This document shows, piece by piece, positions 32,874 through 46,085 of a stretch of 64,000 nt of DNA. Source of the DNA: Alphaproteobacteria bacterium (lineage in GTDB: Bacteria > Pseudomonadota > Alphaproteobacteria > Bin95); assembly GCA_965205265.1 (NCBI GenBank), contig CBDBGH010000003.1, forward strand, positions 4,672,001-4,736,000, written 5' to 3'. The translations under genes were made by a program, and so were the position numbers. Position 1 is the first letter of the stretch. Every line of letters begins with the position of its first letter. Under the pieces are notes generated by a model. It made no database searches and was not told the origin of the DNA. It saw only the letters and a list, made by a program, of their open reading frames with translations.

Positions 32874-34373
32874 ATGCACACATGCAGAAACCTGATGGTT
32901 GCTTGGATGGCGGTTCTGATCCTGGGATTGGCGGCCTGCGGCGGCTCGTCATTGCGGGTGGAAACGCCGGCCGAAAAGCAGAAGGCAAGGGTCGAGACAG
33001 CTATCGGGAACGCAAATACGAAGGTTCTGGAGTTGAACAACAACTCTTCCGACGAGGACTTCAAGGCCGCCGAAATGGCCGTATCGGCCGCCAAGCAGGC
33101 CCTGGCGGACGCCAGCAAGCTGTCCGCTTCCGAAAGGACGGAGCGGGAAAACAGGATCAAGAGGCTCGACGCGAGAATCGCGGATGCAAGGAAGAATACC
33201 GCCGATGCCCGCGAGACGCGGAGGCTACAGATGGCGGAAGAAGCCAGAAGACTGACAGCAGCGATGTCTGGAGACCCGATAACCGGCATCAGGGCCGTGT
33301 TGACGCACGGAGCGGCCCCGAACATGTCGGGGACGGTGCCGGGCAGTCCGGCGACAGAGGTCAGCGGGTTGGAGACAGCCGCTGCCGTCGGCGCATCGAC
33401 AGTGGCCGGTTGGCAACGGGGCCTCTACACGGCACGTGAGGGGGAGACCGCGGACACGGTGACGCTCTATACCAACATTGACCCTCCCGGCAGCCGCCCG
33501 TTCAGCGGCGAGAACGGCAAATACAGCGCCGCCAACGGGCTGGACGACGATGGCAACCTGCCGATTGCCGATACCACCGACACGACGCTGATCGTCTCTT
33601 CCGGATTCCCCGGGGGACCGGGGCTGCGGCGGCATGAGCCCGGCGCGGGCGGCACGGTGCTGGTGCCGGGCAGCTTCGACAGCGCTCCGGGCACGTTCAC
33701 CTGTACACCGACAGAGGAGAGCCCTTGCCTGTCCTCGATAAAGGCTGGCGGTGGCTACGCGCTGACTGGCGGCATTGGCTGGAAGTTCGTGCCGGAAAAG
33801 GCCGCCTTGGTACAGAAGCCGGACAGTGAATACCAGTATTTCGGATTGTGGCTGAGAGAGACCGGCGGCGTTTATGCGATAGGCGCGTTCCATGGCGGGG
33901 CAGGCGCTGCAGCGGACGAGTTTGCTCATCTTGCGGCACTCCAGGGACGGGCGGCCTATCGCGGCCCTGCGGCTGGCAAGTTCGCCATCCAGCGCCCGCC
34001 CGGCGAGACCGAGGCCGGCGACTTCACCGCCACGGTAGAGTTGCGGGTGGACTTCAAGGACGACACCGCACCCGGCACCGTGGAGGGCACGGTGAACAGC
34101 TTCATGGTGGAAGGCCAGGCGAAGGACTGGTCGGTTGCGCTCGGATCCGCCGCGATCGGCACTCACGGCACGATTGCTTCGGGCGGCACCGATACGGCGC
34201 GCACCCGCTGGACCATCGCAGGCATCAAAGCCGAGACGACAGCCACCTGGAGCGGTCAGTTCCACGAGGCAGACTTGGACCGCACCCCGACCGTGGCGAT
34301 CGGCAAGTTCACTGCCATCCACGGCACCACCGGGCGCATGACCGGCGCGTTCGGGACCACGAGGCAGCGATAG
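32874..34373 (+). CDS. Surface lipoprotein with coiled coil and TbpB-like C-terminal barrel
   Basis: Lipobox LAAC; YFGLWL, AAYRGPAAG, MTGAFG. Confidence 0.7.
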   Translation: MHTCRNLMVAWMAVLILGLAACGGSSLRVETPAEKQKARVETAIGNANTKVLELNNNSSDEDFKAAEMAVSAAKQALADASKLSASERTERENRIKRLDARIADARKNTADARETRRLQMAEEARRLTAAMSGDPITGIRAVLTHGAAPNMSGTVPGSPATEVSGLETAAAVGASTVAGWQRGLYTAREGETADTVTLYTNIDPPGSRPFSGENGKYSAANGLDDDGNLPIADTTDTTLIVSSGFPGGPGLRRHEPGAGGTVLVPGSFDSAPGTFTCTPTEESPCLSSIKAGGGYALTGGIGWKFVPEKAALVQKPDSEYQYFGLWLRETGGVYAIGAFHGGAGAAADEFAHLAALQGRAAYRGPAAGKFAIQRPPGETEAGDFTATVELRVDFKDDTAPGTVEGTVNSFMVEGQAKDWSVALGSAAIGTHGTIASGGTDTARTRWTIAGIKAETTATWSGQFHEADLDRTPTVAIGKFTAIHGTTGRMTGAFGTTRQR

Positions 34374-34419
34374 ATGACCGCAACCGAGCAGAGCCGGGTT
34401 TCGTGCGCCGGTTCAGAGA

Positions 34420-34506
34420 CACTGGCTCCCTTCAAACGGGTCAACACAACCCTCGGCAACATCAAGAGTGCCATCGCCGGAACCTACCGAAAGCTCGGTC
34501 CCGATG
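34420..34506 (+). pseudogene. IS1595-family transposase C-terminal remnant
   Basis: FKRVNTTLGNIKSAIAGTYRKLGPD. Confidence 0.6.
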
Positions 34507-34799
34507 ATGGGGTAGTCCAGCTCACAGTCCGGACGCCGCCCTGTTCCGCATGCTGGCCGGGCGGCTCGCCGCCTCCGGACCCTGATCCCCAAGGCGTCGT
34601 GCCCCGCCAACCCGAGACCCTTCAAACCCCAACCCCGACACCGACGAACTCAAACCACGGCGCTACGAAGGCGCCGAACACTTCCCCCTGCGCGCGCAAA
34701 ATTAGGAGATAATCTCTGCCTCCCAAGAATAAATCGGGCTAGAAGCCCTTCAGGACGGTCGTTCAGGTGAGCATGCCAGCAAGTGGCCCGGCCCTCCCG

Positions 34800-35391
34800 A
34801 TGACCGCCTTCACCGAGTCAGAGGTCGAGGCGGCGGCGCTTGAGTGGCTTGAGGGCCTGGGCTGGCATGTTGCCTACGGCCCGGACATCGGCCCCGACGG
34901 GCCGGCGGCCGAGCGGGCGGACCATGGCGCGGCGGTACTGGAGCGGCGTCTGCGCGATGCGCTGGCCCGGCTCAATCCCGACCTTCCGGCCGCAACGCTG
35001 GACGACGCCTTCCGCAGGCTGACGCGCCCGGAAGGAACGACGCTCGAAACCCGCAACCGCGCCTTCCACCGGATGACGGTCGAGGGCGTCAATGTCGAAT
35101 ACCGGAACGCGGAGGGCGCGCTCCGAGGCGCCCAAGTGAAGGTCATCGACTTCGACGATCCCGGCAACGATGACTGGCTGGCGGTGAACCAGTTCACCAT
35201 GGTGGAGAACGGGCGCGAGCGCCGGCCCGACATCGTGCTGTTCGTCAACGGCCTACCGCTCGGCATCATCGAACTCAAGAACCCGGCGGACGAGGACGCG
35301 ACCGTCTGGACGGCATGGCGGCAGTTGGAGACCTACAGGGCGGAGATCCCGTCCCTGTTTGCGATGAACGCGGCGCTGGTCGTCTCGGACG
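34800..35391 (+). pseudogene. hsdR: Type I restriction subunit R, N-terminal fragment
   Basis: [43 protein letters not shown], then similarity is lost. Confidence 0.88.
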
Positions 35392-36182
35392 GCCGATCGG
35401 GAGCAGGCCCCGGTGTCTCCTCGCCAATCCCGTCATCGGCAGCGTCAGCAGCATCTGCCGCCTCAGCACCGTCCTCGTCGCGATCATCCCGCCCGAGGAC
35501 ATCGCAGACATCGCCTTCGAACGCATCCATGGTGCAGTCCTCCCGTGCTGGCGAAAGGGCTATCGAACGCCATCACCTCACATATAGGAAGGTGGGCCGC
35601 CCGCACCGCTTACGAAACATGCGAACCCGCACGGTCGCCGGCAGCGCGGGCCGCACCGATAATCCCCCCGGTGCGCGAGCCGTTTCGCAATTGCCATGCC
35701 GCCATGTGCTTCCTGTACTGCCGCTCGGAAGCCGCGCGGCGGTCCGGGGACTATCCCCGCAAGTGCGCGGCGGGCGCTGCCGCTTAAGCGCCGCTCGGGC
35801 TGAAGGCTTGTCGCACAACGGCTTTCATCGCCCGGCGGATGGAGCGGCCAGGAAGCGGGGTCGGGACGCCCTTCGGCGCGTGGTTCGTCACACCCGACGC
35901 ATCTGTGATGCCTTTTCGCTTTATAGCGCGACAATCTGGGTGAGAGCCGCGCGTCAATCAGGATGAGATTCCCCGGCGGCATCGGCGAGTTGATGATTGT
36001 CGCGCGGGGCGCGGATTGCAAGCGGTTTCGGATTTTGATTGTCGCGGCGCGACAAACAAGGTTTTCGGAGAGCGTTTTGATTGTCGCGGGGGGGCCGTCG
36101 GGTCGGAGAAGAGACGGCCCGCGGAGGCGATTCCCGCGGGCCGTGAGTGTTGTGGCCGCTGGGCCGATCTGGCGGCAGCGGT

Positions 36183-38530
<2,348 letters not shown>

Positions 38531-38712
38531 CTACTCGGAAAAACGTCACCGTTCGCCCAGCCGACCGACCCCGCCAGAAGGTCCAGGAAAAATTTTTTGA
38601 GGCGGCGGCCCGGAACTCCGGTCGGGCTACGCCCTCCCTCCGTTCCGGGCCGCCGCCTTCCCCCGTCTCATCCTGATTGTCGCCAGCGTCTCAAGCTGAT
38701 TGTCGCGCCGCA

Positions 38713-38899
38713 CACGGTGAAGGGGATGGTCGAGGGCACGGGCGGACAGCTGGCGGCGGCGCTTGCGGTCGGCGCGGCGCTGGTGGGTTCGGTGCTGCGC
38801 TTCAACGCGATGCAGCTTCTGGGCGCGGTCGGCGTCGGGGTGGCGGCGGGCGCCGGCACCGGCATCGTGACCGGCCTGGTCGGCACGGCGATCGTCTGA
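38713..38899 (+). pseudogene. traA: Conjugative pilin, 5'-truncated
   Basis: Two hydrophobic helices directly before traL; no start codon or signal peptide after the IS end. Confidence 0.65.
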
Positions 38900-39192
38900 T
38901 GAACGACGCTGAGCGCCACGGGATCCCGCGCCGTCTCGACGATCCGGAGCGCTGGCTGTTCTGGACCCTCGACGAGGCCGGCGTGCTGCTCGGCCCGGCG
39001 GTGCTGGGCCTGGCCGCGAACGCCTTCGTGGCGGGTCTGACGGCCGGCCTCGGCGCCTGGTGGCTGCTGCGGCGCGTCAAGCGCGGCGGCGGGGCCAACA
39101 TCGCGCTCCATGCGCTCTACTGGTTCCTGCCCGACTTCGTGCTGCGTCTGAAGGCGGCGCCGCCGAGCCATGTGCGGCGGTACGCGGGATGA
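38899..39192 (+). CDS. traL: TraL
   Basis: IPRRLDDPERWLFWTLDE..LYWFLP..PPS. Confidence 0.9.
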   Translation: MNDAERHGIPRRLDDPERWLFWTLDEAGVLLGPAVLGLAANAFVAGLTAGLGAWWLLRRVKRGGGANIALHALYWFLPDFVLRLKAAPPSHVRRYAG

Positions 39193-39740
39193 GGCGGGCG
39201 GCGATGGAGGCGGGGCGGCGCCGGGCGCGGGATGCGCGTCTGGCGCTGGCCGGGCTGCTGGCGCTCTCGGTGCTGGCCAACCTGGTGCTGGGCCACGGCC
39301 TGGCGACCCGCGACCGGGTGACGGTGCTGCTGCCGGCGGTGTCGGGCCCGGCCTGGGAGGTCGGCGGCAGCTGGGCCGGGCGGCGCTATCTGGAGGATGC
39401 GGCGCGCACCGCGGCGGTGACGCTGCTGACGCTGACGCCGGAGAACGCGGGGCATGTGCGCACGGCGGTCGCGCGGCTTGCCGCGCCCGAGGCCCGCGGC
39501 GCGCTCGGCGCCTGGGTGGCGGCGGAGGCGGAGCGGATGGCCCGGCGCGATCTTGCGACCGCCTTCTACCCGCGCCGCATCGAGAGCGCGCCGGACGCGC
39601 TCACGGTCGAGATCGCGGGCGAGCTGGCGACCTGGGTCGGGCGCGAGGAGGTCTCGCGGGCTGCCAAGGCCTACCGGCTCGCCTTCCGCCTCGACGGCGG
39701 CCGGCTCGGCCTGCTGCGTTTCGAGCAACTGGAGGATTGA
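39189..39740 (+). CDS. traE: TraE
   Basis: N-terminal TM, YLEDAAR..LLTLTPEN, AFYP; position in operon. Confidence 0.85.
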   Translation: MRRAAMEAGRRRARDARLALAGLLALSVLANLVLGHGLATRDRVTVLLPAVSGPAWEVGGSWAGRRYLEDAARTAAVTLLTLTPENAGHVRTAVARLAAPEARGALGAWVAAEAERMARRDLATAFYPRRIESAPDALTVEIAGELATWVGREEVSRAAKAYRLAFRLDGGRLGLLRFEQLED

Positions 39741-39742
39741 CC

Positions 39743-40510
39743 ATGACACCCACGAACAGGCGGCGGCGGTTCGCGTTGCTGCTTGCCTTGCACCTCGCCG
39801 GCGTCGGCGCGCTGGCGGCGCCCGCGGCGGCGATGCAGATTCTCGAGGCGGTGGACCACGCCGAACTGAGTGCGTGGATCTCCGCCGACGCGGTCAGCCG
39901 GATCGCGCTTGCGGGCGACCGGATCGCGAAGGTGGTGCGGGCGCCCGGCGGCTACGCGGTCGAGCACGACCCGGCCTCGGGCGACCTCTATCTCCGGCCT
40001 GCCGGACCGGGGTCGGCGGCCGGTGCGCCGGTGACGCTGTTCATCGGCACCGAGAAAGGCTTCACCTACCGGCTGACGCTCGATCCGGGGCCGGGGGACT
40101 CGGCGCAGATCCTGATCCGCAATCCGGAGGCGCTGGCGCCGGAGGACGCGGCCCCGGCGGCGGCGGCGGGACGCATCGGCGCGCTGACGGCGCTGATCCG
40201 GGCGGTGGCGACCCGCATGCCGCTTGCCGGCCATGTCATCGAGCCGGGCGGCGGGGCGGAGGCCGGCGCACCCGGCCTCTCGCTGATCGAGACCTGGCGG
40301 GGTCCGCGCTTTGCGGCGCATGCGATCGAGGCCGGCCCGGATGCGACGGACGCCGCGGGCCTCGCCGGGACCATGGCCGGACTGGCGGGGATCGGCACGA
40401 TCGCGGCGGTGTGGCTGGGCGGCCCGGGGACCGGGCCCACCGGCGGCAGGCTGGCCGTCGCGGTCACCGAAGCGCGGGCCGGCGCGGCCGGCGGGGGAGT
40501 CCCGCGATGA
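39743..40510 (+). CDS. traK: TraK
   Basis: Signal peptide, VSRI..DRI, GDLYL, LFIGTEKGFTY. Confidence 0.85.
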   Translation: MTPTNRRRRFALLLALHLAGVGALAAPAAAMQILEAVDHAELSAWISADAVSRIALAGDRIAKVVRAPGGYAVEHDPASGDLYLRPAGPGSAAGAPVTLFIGTEKGFTYRLTLDPGPGDSAQILIRNPEALAPEDAAPAAAAGRIGALTALIRAVATRMPLAGHVIEPGGGAEAGAPGLSLIETWRGPRFAAHAIEAGPDATDAAGLAGTMAGLAGIGTIAAVWLGGPGTGPTGGRLAVAVTEARAGAAGGGVPR

Positions 40511-41730
40511 GCGCGCCGGCGGCAAGGGACGGCGAGTCGCGCCGGGCCCGGCGCAGCCAGCTGGTGCTGTTCTCGGCCCTGGCGGCGGCGGGGCTGGCGC
40601 TGTTCGCGGCCTGGATCGCCGGGGGAAGCGGCGGGGCGCCGCGTCCCGAGGCGCGGATCGATGCGGAACTCGCCGGTCCGGGCACGGCGGAGGACAGCTG
40701 GATCCGGCGCTCGGAGCAACGGCTCGGCGGGATCGACATGCGCCTGCGCGAACTGGAGACCGAGGCCGCCGATCTCGCCCGCGAGAACGAGCGGCTGCGC
40801 CGGCAGCTCGCCACCGATGCGGGCGACGCGCGCCGGACGATCGACAGCCAGGCGGCGGTGATCGAGCAGCTGCGCCGCGACCGGGTGGCCGGTCCGGCCG
40901 AGCCGGGCGGGGCCATGTTCCCGCCGGCAGGCGCGGCGCGGCAAGTGGACGGGCCGGAGACCGGGCCGGAGCCGGGCGAAGTGCCGCCGCTGATCGAGAC
41001 CTTCCGGCTCGACGATGCCGCGGCGCCGTTCGGCGCCTCCGGAATCCGCGCTCTCGACGTCTGGCTGCCGGCGGGGAGCCACGCCGAGGCGGTGGTGGTG
41101 GCGGGCGTCGACGCCTCGGCGTCGGTCGCCTCCCAGGGCGATCCGCGGCCGGTGCTGCTGCGGATCACCGGCCCCGCCTGGACCGCCGCGCCGCCGGGTT
41201 CGCCGACCGCGATGCGGGTCGATCTCGCGGGCTGCACGGTGACCGGGGCGGCGCATGGCGATCTCTCCTCGGAGAAGGTCTATGCGCGGCTGCAGACCCT
41301 GACCTGCGCCGGGCCGGAGCCCGGCACGGCGGTCGAGACCCGGGTGGCGGGCTTCGTGGCCGGGGCCGGCAAGACCGGGGTGCGCGGGCCGGTGGTGAGC
41401 CGCGAGGGGGCGCTGGTCGAGAAGGCGTTCCTGGCCGGGCTGGTCTCCGGTGTCGGCGAGGGGGTTTCGGGGGCGTTCGCGCCGCAGGCGGTGGCGACCG
41501 GCGGCGGCGCGGCGGTCGCCAACACCGGGCTTGCCGACATCGGCCGCGCCGGCCTCGGCGCCGGCGCCTCGTCGGCCGGGCAGAAGGTGGCCGACTACAT
41601 GATCCGGCGGGCCGAGCAGTATCAGCCGGTGATCCAGCTCCAGGCGGGGACGCCGGTGACGGTGGTGTTCATCGAGGGCGCCTGGCTCGACGGGCGCGAC
41701 GCGAAGCAGGGAGGAAACGATGGTCGATGA
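40507..41730 (+). CDS. traB: TraB (VirB10-like)
   Basis: LPAGS, GVDA, GDLSSEK, YMIRRAEQYQPVI. Confidence 0.9.
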   Translation: MSAPAARDGESRRARRSQLVLFSALAAAGLALFAAWIAGGSGGAPRPEARIDAELAGPGTAEDSWIRRSEQRLGGIDMRLRELETEAADLARENERLRRQLATDAGDARRTIDSQAAVIEQLRRDRVAGPAEPGGAMFPPAGAARQVDGPETGPEPGEVPPLIETFRLDDAAAPFGASGIRALDVWLPAGSHAEAVVVAGVDASASVASQGDPRPVLLRITGPAWTAAPPGSPTAMRVDLAGCTVTGAAHGDLSSEKVYARLQTLTCAGPEPGTAVETRVAGFVAGAGKTGVRGPVVSREGALVEKAFLAGLVSGVGEGVSGAFAPQAVATGGGAAVANTGLADIGRAGLGAGASSAGQKVADYMIRRAEQYQPVIQLQAGTPVTVVFIEGAWLDGRDAKQGGNDGR

Positions 41731-42256
41731 AACCGGAACGACGGGCCGGCCGCGGACTGCGGCGATGGCCGTTCTGGCGGCGCTGGCGCTGGCGGGCTGC
41801 GCCTCGGGCCATGTGGGCGAGGACTGGCAGTGTCCGCTGGCCCAGGGCGCGGTGTGCGCCAGCGTCGCTGCCGCCGATCCGGCCGTGCCCGAGGCGGGGA
41901 CGGCGCTCCCGCCCGACGCCATGGGGGCCGAAGACCGCGCCGATGGATCCGCCGATGCGTCCGCTGCGGCGGTGCCGGACTGCGATTCCGGCTGCAGCCC
42001 GTTCGGCTGGCTGGCGCGGCTGTTCGCCCCGGCGGATGAAGATGCTGCGGCGCGGCCCGACGGCGCCGGCCCGGCATCGGAGGTGCCGGCCGCCGCTCCG
42101 CTTCCGGACGAGGACAGCCCGTCCGGCGAGGCCTTGCGCGCGCCGGATCGGATCGCCCGGGTCTGGATCGCGCCCTGGGTCGATGCGGACGGGGTCTGGC
42201 GCGAGGCGTCCTGGGTGCGGGTCGTGATCGCGCCGGCGCGCTGGAGGCTGCCGTGA
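41720..42256 (+). CDS. traV: TraV lipoprotein
   Basis: LAGC lipobox, RVWIAPWVDADG. Confidence 0.85.
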   Translation: MVDETGTTGRPRTAAMAVLAALALAGCASGHVGEDWQCPLAQGAVCASVAAADPAVPEAGTALPPDAMGAEDRADGSADASAAAVPDCDSGCSPFGWLARLFAPADEDAAARPDGAGPASEVPAAAPLPDEDSPSGEALRAPDRIARVWIAPWVDADGVWREASWVRVVIAPARWRLP

Positions 42257-44799
42257 GCGGGATCATGGCCCGGCTCGCGGACCTGTTCGAGACCCCGGCG
42301 GCGCTGGTCGATCTCCTGCCCTGGCGCGCCTTCGACGAGCGCAGCGAACTCCATGTCAATGCGGCCTCGGTGGGCTTCGTGCTGGAGGTCCCGCCCTTCG
42401 CCGGCATCGACGCCGAGACCCTGGGGGCGCTCGCCGGCACGCTGGCCGACGCCGCCCCGGAGCGCTGCACGGTCCAGGCGATCCACTGGGCGAGCCCGCG
42501 CTTCGGCGCGGCGCTCGACGACTGGGCCGGGCCGCGCCGAAGCGCCGGTCCGGTGCAGGCCGGCATGGCGCGCCGCAGGCGCCGCCTCTTCGACGGCGCC
42601 GGCTGGCGTCCGCTGCATCCGGGCGGCGCGCCCTTCACCCTGTCGGACTACCGGGTCTTCGTGACCGCCTGCCTGGCGGGACCGCCCGGCCCGGCGTCCG
42701 AGACCGCGCTTTCGGCCTTCCGCCGGGCGCTCGAAGGCACGCTGGCCTCGGCCGGGGCGAGCGCACGCCGGCTCGGCCCCGACGGCCTGCTCTCGCTCGC
42801 CGCCGAACTGGCCGCGCCGCAGACCGCGCCCCGGCCCGAGGCCGGAACCCCCACCCCGCTGCACCGCCCGCAGCGGCGCTGGTCGCCGCGGGACCCGCTC
42901 CACCTGCAATGCGCCGCGCCCGGCCGCGCACTCTCCGTCCATCCCACCGGGCTGGTCTTCCACGACCCGGACGGGAGCGACGTGGCGGTGCGGGCGCTCA
43001 CGGCGCTGGCCTTCCCGGAGGCCTGGCCGGGCTGGCGCGGCAATGCGCTGATCGGCGACTTCCACCGCGACTTCCTCCAGCCCGGCTGTCCGGTGCTGAC
43101 CTGTCTCACGATCATGACCGGCGAGGCCGCCGACGGCGAGCGGGCGTTCCTGAAGAGCGCCCGCGCCACCCAACAGGCCGGCACCGGCCTTGCCCGGTAT
43201 CTTCCGGGCCTGCCGGAGAAGGCGCGCGACTGGCAGTTCGTCACCGAACGCCTCAAGGACGGCGAGCGGCTGATCCGGGCCTGCTACACGGCCTGCGTCT
43301 ACGTGCCGCTGGAGGCCATCGATGCGGCAGAACAGGCGGTGCGCGCGATCTATCACGGCCAGGGCTGGCGCATGGCGGCGGAACGCTACATGCAGCTGCC
43401 CTCCTGGCTCGCCTGTCTGCCGATGGTTCCGGCCGGAGGCCTCGACGCCGACCTCGTCCGCATGGGGCGGATGAAGACCCTGCTGACATCCTCGGCGATC
43501 AACCTTGCGCCCATCCATGGCGAGTGGCGGGGCCAGGCGCCGGACCCGGACAGCCCGCCGGTCCTGTTCCTGATCGGGCGCCGCGGCCAGCCGGCCGGCT
43601 GGTCGCCCTTCGCCAACGAGGCCGGCAACTACAACGTCGCCGTCACCGGCAAGTCCGGGTCGGGCAAGTCGGTGCTGATGCAGGAGCTGGTGACCGGGCT
43701 GATCGGCGCCGGCGGCGAGGCGGTGGTGATCGACGACGGGCGCTCGTTCCAGCACACGGCGGAAGCGATGGACGGCGCCTTCATCGCCTTCGGCAAGGAC
43801 CCGGCCTGCCTCAACCCCTTCGCCATGATCGATGCCGCCACGGCGTCCCATGACGGCGACTACCGCGAGGAGTGCTTCGCCATGCTGGCCGGGGTCATCG
43901 GTCGCATGTGTCGGCGGCGCGGCGGCATCGACGACATCGAGGCGGCGCTGATCGCCGAAGCCGTCGCGGCGGCTTGGGACGAGGCCGGCAACGCCGCCGA
44001 TCTCGGCGCGGTCAGGAAGAACCTCGAGGCCCGCGGCGTCCGCCGGGCGAAGGACATGGCGACCGCGCTCGGCCCCTGGTGCCCGGGCGGGCCGATGGGA
44101 AGGCTGTTCGCGGGAAGCGACGTCCCCGATCTGGAGAACGCGCTCACGGTGTTCGAACTCGCCGAACTCAAGGGGCGCGGCGACGTCCAGGCCGTCGTGC
44201 TGATGCTGGTGGTCTTCCTCGCGACGCAACGCATGTATCACGGCCCCCGCACGCGGGCGAAGGCCATCGTCATCGACGAGGCCTGGGACCTGCTCTCCGG
44301 CGAGGACTCCAGGGCGTTCCTCGAAGGCGCGGCCAGACGCGCCAGAAAATACCGGGGTTCGCTGATTACCGGCACCCAGTCGGTCAACGACTACTACGCC
44401 AACCCGGCGGCCCGCGCCGCCTGGGAGAACTCGGACTGGGTGATCTTCCTCGCCCAGAAGGACGAATCGGTCGAACTGCTGAAGTCCGAGAAGCGCATCC
44501 ACTGCGATCCCGGCATGGAGAGGGCGCTCAAGAGCCTGACCACGGCCGACGGGAGATACGCCGAACTGGTGCTGCACGGCCCGGACGGCTGGCGGGTGGC
44601 GCGCCTGGTGCTCGATCCGTGGTCGGTGGCGCTGTTCTCCTCGCGCGGCCCCGCCTTCGCGGCGGTCGAGCGGCTCAAGGCCGAGGGGCTGACGACGATC
44701 GAGGCCATCGACCGGCTGGCTGGCGGTGACGGAACCGCGGGCGCCGGAACCGGGCAATCCGGACCATCGCAAACGACAGCAACGGGAGAGACTGCATGA
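42253..44799 (+). CDS. traC: TraC ATPase (VirB4-like)
   Basis: NYNVAVTGKSGSGKS, IDEAW, RRARKY. Confidence 0.93.
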   Translation: MSGIMARLADLFETPAALVDLLPWRAFDERSELHVNAASVGFVLEVPPFAGIDAETLGALAGTLADAAPERCTVQAIHWASPRFGAALDDWAGPRRSAGPVQAGMARRRRRLFDGAGWRPLHPGGAPFTLSDYRVFVTACLAGPPGPASETALSAFRRALEGTLASAGASARRLGPDGLLSLAAELAAPQTAPRPEAGTPTPLHRPQRRWSPRDPLHLQCAAPGRALSVHPTGLVFHDPDGSDVAVRALTALAFPEAWPGWRGNALIGDFHRDFLQPGCPVLTCLTIMTGEAADGERAFLKSARATQQAGTGLARYLPGLPEKARDWQFVTERLKDGERLIRACYTACVYVPLEAIDAAEQAVRAIYHGQGWRMAAERYMQLPSWLACLPMVPAGGLDADLVRMGRMKTLLTSSAINLAPIHGEWRGQAPDPDSPPVLFLIGRRGQPAGWSPFANEAGNYNVAVTGKSGSGKSVLMQELVTGLIGAGGEAVVIDDGRSFQHTAEAMDGAFIAFGKDPACLNPFAMIDAATASHDGDYREECFAMLAGVIGRMCRRRGGIDDIEAALIAEAVAAAWDEAGNAADLGAVRKNLEARGVRRAKDMATALGPWCPGGPMGRLFAGSDVPDLENALTVFELAELKGRGDVQAVVLMLVVFLATQRMYHGPRTRAKAIVIDEAWDLLSGEDSRAFLEGAARRARKYRGSLITGTQSVNDYYANPAARAAWENSDWVIFLAQKDESVELLKSEKRIHCDPGMERALKSLTTADGRYAELVLHGPDGWRVARLVLDPWSVALFSSRGPAFAAVERLKAEGLTTIEAIDRLAGGDGTAGAGTGQSGPSQTTATGETA

Positions 44800-45470
44800 C
44801 GCAACGGACCGGCGGCGCACGGGCGCCGCTCTCATGGCCGGACGATCCGGAAACGGTGACGGCGGCCGACATCGACTTCGAGGCGCTTTCCCATGTGCTG
44901 GCCAATGCCTGCCGGCGGGGCGGCTGTCTGCGCGTCTACCACTCGGTCGCGGCCCATGCGGTGATCGTGTCGGAGGAGATCGAGGCGCTCGACGGGCTGG
45001 AAGACGCGGACCGCCGGCGGCTGGCGCTGCATGCGCTGCTGGCGGACGCGCCCTCGGCCTGGCTGCCGGGCGGGCCTGCGGAGTCGCAGCGCGCGGCCGA
45101 ACGCAGGTCGAGGCTCGCCGCCGGGGTCGAGGCCGCGGTGCGCGAGGCGGCGGGCCTTGATCCCGTGCTGGCCGATGAGCATGCCGAACTGCTGCGCCTG
45201 GTCTCGCGGATGACCGCGGCGGCCGAGCGGCGGGACCTCGGCGGCGCCGCGGACGGGGGCGCCGCCTTCCCGCCCCTGAAACGGCGCATCCGCGGCATCG
45301 GCCCGGGCCGCGCCGCGAAGCTCTGGCTCGAACGCTTCCAGGCGCTCGCCGGACCGCCCGGAAGTGCCCCGCCGGCCCAGGCGCCGGCAAACGGAACCGA
45401 AGGAGAGGCCGCCGATGGCATCCGCTCGAAGGAGGACACGGACGATGAAACGCAACGGAACGCAGCGTAA
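44796..45470 (+). CDS. Degenerate HD-domain (YfbR-like) protein
   Basis: DIDFEALSHVLANACR..HSVAAH..LLADA. Confidence 0.6.
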   Translation: MTQRTGGARAPLSWPDDPETVTAADIDFEALSHVLANACRRGGCLRVYHSVAAHAVIVSEEIEALDGLEDADRRRLALHALLADAPSAWLPGGPAESQRAAERRSRLAAGVEAAVREAAGLDPVLADEHAELLRLVSRMTAAAERRDLGGAADGGAAFPPLKRRIRGIGPGRAAKLWLERFQALAGPPGSAPPAQAPANGTEGEAADGIRSKEDTDDETQRNAA

Positions 45471-45702
45471 GCGGCGGGGTGCGCCGCCCGGTCTCAGGGT
45501 CGTGCGCGACGCCGAGACGGTGTTCCGCGCCGCCATCCTGGCCGGGGTGCTCTCGGCCGAGCCGGGGGACCGCAACTGGGCCGGCCACTACTTCTACATG
45601 TTCCATGACGAGGACGGCACGGCGTGGTTCAAGCACCGCGATACTCGCGCCCATGTCACGATGCCGGCGCGGCGGGCGGCGGCGGCCTGGAGCGGGGCGT
45701 GA
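45445..45702 (+). CDS. Small hypothetical protein
   Basis: Overlaps both neighbours; YFYMFHDEDGTAWFKHRDTR. Confidence 0.55.
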   Translation: MKRNGTQRKRRGAPPGLRVVRDAETVFRAAILAGVLSAEPGDRNWAGHYFYMFHDEDGTAWFKHRDTRAHVTMPARRAAAAWSGA

Positions 45703-46085
45703 ACGAGCTGCGCCTCCTCGTCGCGGCCGTCCTGCTGTCGGCGGGCGTGGCGGCGGCGGTCGCTGCCGCGACGGTGCGTCTCGCCGACAATGGCGGGCCG
45801 CGCCTTGCGACCGTGCGGCTGGCGGAGATCGTGGCGGAGCGGGCGGGCGACGCGGCCCGCGCCGGCCTGCCGGCGGCGGCGACGGCGGCCGAAGCCCGCA
45901 TCTGGGCGGCGGCGCTGGAGGATGCGCTCGCTCATGTCGCGCGCCGCGGCCGGGTCGTCCTGCTGCCGGCCCGCGCCGTGGCGGCCGGCGCGCCCGACCT
46001 CACGGCCGAGGTCGAGGCGGCGCTGGCTGCCGTCCTCGCCCATGCCGCTGCCGGTAGCGCACTGCCGCGGGGAGACGGGCGGTGA
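45699..46085 (+). CDS. trbI: TrbI-like protein
   Basis: N-terminal TM, VLLPARAVAAGAPDLT. Confidence 0.7.
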   Translation: MNELRLLVAAVLLSAGVAAAVAAATVRLADNGGPRLATVRLAEIVAERAGDAARAGLPAAATAAEARIWAAALEDALAHVARRGRVVLLPARAVAAGAPDLTAEVEAALAAVLAHAAAGSALPRGDGR

